Shown here one piece after another: positions 59,558 to 64,000 of a stretch of 64,000 nucleotides of DNA. A model generated the notes under the pieces. That model worked only from the letters and a program-made list of their open reading frames with translations. It did not search any database and was not told the DNA's origin. How positions within the stretch are numbered: position 1 is the first letter of the stretch; each line of letters opens with the position of its first letter. The translations under genes and the position numbers were made by a program. The DNA comes from Octopus vulgaris (taxonomy: Eukaryota), in contig OX597825.1 in NCBI GenBank assembly GCA_951406725.2, positions 36,022,001 through 36,086,000 on the forward strand, written 5' to 3'.

Positions 59558-60464
59558 CGACGGGCTTCTTTCAGTTTCCGTCTACCAAATCCACTCACAA
59601 GGCTTTGGTCAGCCCAAGGCTATATTAGAAGACACTTGCCCAAGGTGCCATGCAGTGGGACTGAACCTGGAACCATGTGGTTCGAAAGCAAGCTACTTAC
59701 CACACAGCCACTTGTTTATACACAAGATCCTCACAACACAAACATTCTTTATTTGGTAAATTTTTTTAGTTACACCCGCACGATTTTCACTAAGAAAAAA
59801 AAAGAAACTCGGATTTTTTGTGTGGAATCAAGTACCCTGACTTCCTAATATGCTGCAAATCCCTTATTTTGGTTCAGAAAAAGGAGTTGCGAGGGGGATG
59901 TTACTCAAAAAATTTACCCTTTATTTCGTCCTTTACTGTCCATAATGTTTTTCTTAATGTAAACCTTATGTGTTTAATAAAAAAAAAGATCCTTATTATT
60001 ATATATATTTTCGGGATTGATTAATTATCCTTTGTGTAGAAAGGATTATTGTTATTATTATTATTATTATCTTTATTTTGATCTCAACAGCCCATAATGT
60101 ATTTCTTAATGTAAACCCTTTGTGGTTAATAAAGAAATCTTTTTAATAATGAGAAGACAATAAAGTTTGTGTCTTTACAAGTCTTCTTTCTTTGTTATGG
60201 TGTTAGACATATTTTAGTTTTTATTAAACATGGCAATTTATTTCCCCACCCCCTTTTCACTCCCAACAGTTGTGTCCTCAATTGAGAACTATTGACCTAG
60301 ATAATAATTGAAAGGCCTCTAATCAAGTGACTTGATCTGTTAAAAATAGTTACCAAATTTTATTTAGATTTCACATACTAACATTTTCTATACATATTTT
60401 AAACAGACACATGAGACAGTGCAGTTCTACATGTGACTTCTGAAAAATACAAACCTAACTAACA

Positions 60465-60496
<32 letters not shown>

Positions 60497-61616
60497 CGAA
60501 GGAAGGAAGGGAGGAAGGACAGGATGGAGTTTAAGATCGCCGGATTTTGGTCCCTGGGACTGTTTTTATGGATGGTAAAATGAATTTAAGTATTTTTAAT
60601 CTAAAATAGGGCACTCAAGTTTACTTCAATATGTAATATGAATACTTCAATATGTACTTCAAACTCCACATGCTCTTATTTGTTTGATGTCAGTTGATAC
60701 AAACCCCAGTGCATGTTTAATTTTTTTTAAAAATCATGTACAGAGCTTAAATACCATCAAAATGTGGTAACCATCCTGTATCTGATGGACACTTGGCTAG
60801 ATCTTGTCCTACAGCTGACACTAGAATATTCCATTGATGTTTAAAAGCAATGAAAAAGGAAAACAGATGCTAGCAAAGTCAAATTTTGAAACAACGCAAT
60901 GACTTCTTAAGATGGTAAGCACATATCAAAGCTGCATGGATTAATATCAGTTTCAAATTATGGCACAAGGCAAGTAATTTCAGGGAATGGTTAAGTCGAT
61001 TACATTGACCCCAGTGCTCAATTGGTACTTAACTTATCGACCTCAAAAGGATGAAAGGCAAAGTTGACCGTTGCAGAATTTGGACTTGGAATGTTAAGAC
61101 AGACAAAATGCCGCTCAGCATGATAATGATTCTGCCTGCTAACCACCTTTACTGCATGGATTAATATCAACCATTAGCCTATGGTTGGTGTCTTGAGAGG
61201 TGTTCATTCTGCTGCAAGCATTAGAGTCAGGTTTCTGGCAATAAGTTTTTGTTATTGTGACCTCAGAGTGTACTGATACTACTTATACTCTCAAAATACT
61301 CCCTAAAATAACCCTGATTCCACTGGACAATCCTTCCTTCTCTTCTTTAATATCTGTAGACTCTGGGTCAGACTAAATCCATGCATGGCCTCCTACTAAT
61401 ATACTTACTACACATCCTATTCCTCACCTCTTACCTACAGTCCATTTCTCTTGCCCAGGGTAAATAACTACTCTCAAATTTCAATCTCAGAAATGTTGTC
61501 TGTACATATGTAGATTCCACTTAACCAACCACTCATCTCTCTTATCTGGATATCAACAACAAAGACTTCCAGTTTCTCTGCCTCATGACCTGTATTGTGT
61601 GTACATATATATATAT

Positions 61617-61657
<41 letters not shown>

Positions 61658-61662
<5 letters not shown>

Positions 61663-63718
61663 CTCTCTCTTTCGGAGAGACACTGAGCACCTACACACAC
61701 ATATACACACGCGGCAGTAACTTCCACCTACCGAATTCAATCACAAATCTTCGGTCGGCTCGGGGCTATAGTGGAAGACACCTGCCCAAAGTGCCACGCA
61801 GTGGGACTGAACTCGAAACCATGTAGCTAGGAAGCAAGCTCCCTAACCACACAGCCATGCCATATATATATATATACATACACACAATACAGTGTACATT
61901 AAAACACATTAAGAGGCTTCCATCATAGGAATCCATTACGCTAGATAGAACAGTCTATTGACTAATTTTTTTTTTACGCTAGGCCACTGGTAGTAGAAAT
62001 TTCTAAAATTTTTATTACCCTGATATTATTAAATATATAAACAACAACAAAGTGGCAATAATGACGAATTAAACATGTTATCTTACAGATAAGCTGTGTT
62101 GTTCAAATTAAGGTAAAATTACATACAAGTATTTCTACACAAGTATCTACTTTAATAATATACATATCACAAAAAAATATGTTAATCAGCACTTCAAACA
62201 TATCCCTTACTTGTTCAACATTAACTCAGTATGTACACTCACATGCAACTGTAGAATTTAAACAATTTTAAGGAAAAGATATGTTAGATAGTGAATACCA
62301 TTAAATTTAATTCCAATAATGGATATCATTGTTTATTTAGCTAAGATTAAATATAAATTAACAGTGAGGCATGGCTGTATGGTTAAGAAGCTTGCTTTGC
62401 CATCATGTCATTTTGAGTTCAATCTCAGAGTGTGGCACCATGGGTAGGTGTCTTCTGTTATACTGGGAAAAATCAATGCCTTGTGACTGAATTTGATAAA
62501 GGGAAAGTGTGTGAAGGCCTGATGTATGTATATGTACATATATAAATATGTATTTATGTATATGCTTATTTGTGAGTGTGTTATTGAATTAAAAACCAGT
62601 GTTGATTTGTTAACATCCTGTAACTTAATAATTTAGCAAAAGAAATCGATAGAATAAATACCAAATGTTGAACAAAAATAGTATGGTGGTCAATATGTTC
62701 AAAGTGGTGCTCCAGAAAGGTCACAATCTAATGAATGAAACAAGTAAAAAATAGAAGGTAAAAGATAAAGATAAATGCTAAATGCTAAGTAGACCATTAG
62801 CCAAAGAACCAAATATGTTCTGTGGTAACTTCAATGTAAACAACTTAATCTCTGTAAAAGATGTCTCAGGAGAATATGAGAGAAGAAATGATGCTAACCA
62901 GATAAGCTATATGGATGGCAGGGCTAAAAGAGGACTACTGCATATATGTCAAATAATATCAATGAAAACACCATTAAAAGGTCTAAAGAAAATTACTAAC
63001 AGAAAATCCTCAAGCCCAGATCATGTAACAAAATTTTTGTTCAAGAATTTTCATCTTTTTTTTGTCAAGATTTGATAACACTGTATGTAAAGTTGTGTTA
63101 ATTGTATCAGGAGTATGTTAAATATAGCCAAATGTTTATCAACTGCCTTTACTATTCTTATTAAAAAATATAGTGAAAATATATAGTGAACCAGCCAAAA
63201 ATTACTGCTTAATTACCAGCCATAACATCTATTATCTTTTACTTTCTTCATACAAGATCAATTTGCTATCATTAATATTACAACAACAGAGCACCCTGAG
63301 GAAATAAGGAAGTATGGTCCATATAGAGTAGCTGCTAATCAACAAAATGATATAGGGAATGGTAGGTACCTAGAGTACATAGTGTAACTTGATGACTAGA
63401 AAGCCTTTTATACCACAGGAGTGGATGATCAAAACATTATAATTAACCAAAGTTCCACCACCATTGCCAGATGCTTTTCAGTACCTAACCAGAACTATGT
63501 ATACCACTTTACTTCTCAGCCATCCCTCTCTCTCTCTTTGGGAGAGGCACAAGCACCTACACGCACATATACATACACGGCAGTAACTTCCACCTACCGA
63601 ATTCAATCACAAAGCTCGGGGCTATAGTGGAAGACACCTACCCAAAGTGCCACGCAGTGGGACTGAACCCGAAACCATGTAGCTAGGAAGCAAGCTCCCT
63701 AACCACACAGCCATGCCC
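61658..63718 (-). repeat. Two near-identical ~200-bp SINE-variant copies (61658-61862, 63523-63718)
   Basis: Shared non-consensus segments GGCAGTAACTTCCACCTACCGAATTCAATCACAAA and CATGTAGCTAGGAAGCAAGCTCCCTAACC. Confidence 0.85.
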
Positions 63719-64000
63719 GCGATAGTAAACAAACCAAATCTAATGCCATACATTATCAAAAGGAAAATCCTACATCAAGGTGATAGCTTGTCAGTATTGC
63801 TCTTTGTCTCTTTTGTTAAACCTATTATCATGCCTGTTCCTGAAACATAGTGATTATGGAAATAGATACTCTGAATTTAGAAACATTTTCACCTCTTCTC
63901 TGAGGTTGTATAGGCCAAGTATTCCATCCATCTTCTCTACTCACTATTCCTGGTTTGGTCATGGGTGTAGAGTCCTCAGGCTCTTTCTTCACAGGGTCCC

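Overview
AT-rich, microsatellite- and transposon-dense animal genomic DNA; the SINE families, RTE LINEs and the gene itself point to an octopus/coleoid cephalopod (inference). One complete protein-coding gene lies on the minus strand: a 14-exon cytosolic ALDH1-class aldehyde dehydrogenase, CDS 57784->12346, 1494 nt, 497 aa. All introns are GT-AG and the catalytic N169/E268/C302 equivalents are intact. It resembles cephalopod omega-crystallin and has an unusually remodelled substrate pocket. Introns and flanks contain a young 5'-truncated RTE LINE with a PHD finger after the RT, older RTE, R4/Dong-like, CRE-like and Penelope fragments, mariner and DD37D transposons, a piggyBac derivative nested in a mariner, three Helitron derivatives, hAT MITEs, many SINEs, a 21-bp minisatellite, a ~600-bp purine tract and a ~1.65-kb (TA)n. 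Most notable unexplained structure: three minimal hammerhead-ribozyme motifs (one with a G3-C8 swapped core), an intron that is mostly one fold-back hairpin, and inverted repeats bracketing the promoter and exon 1. Exon coordinates were read base by base; most repeat boundaries are approximate.
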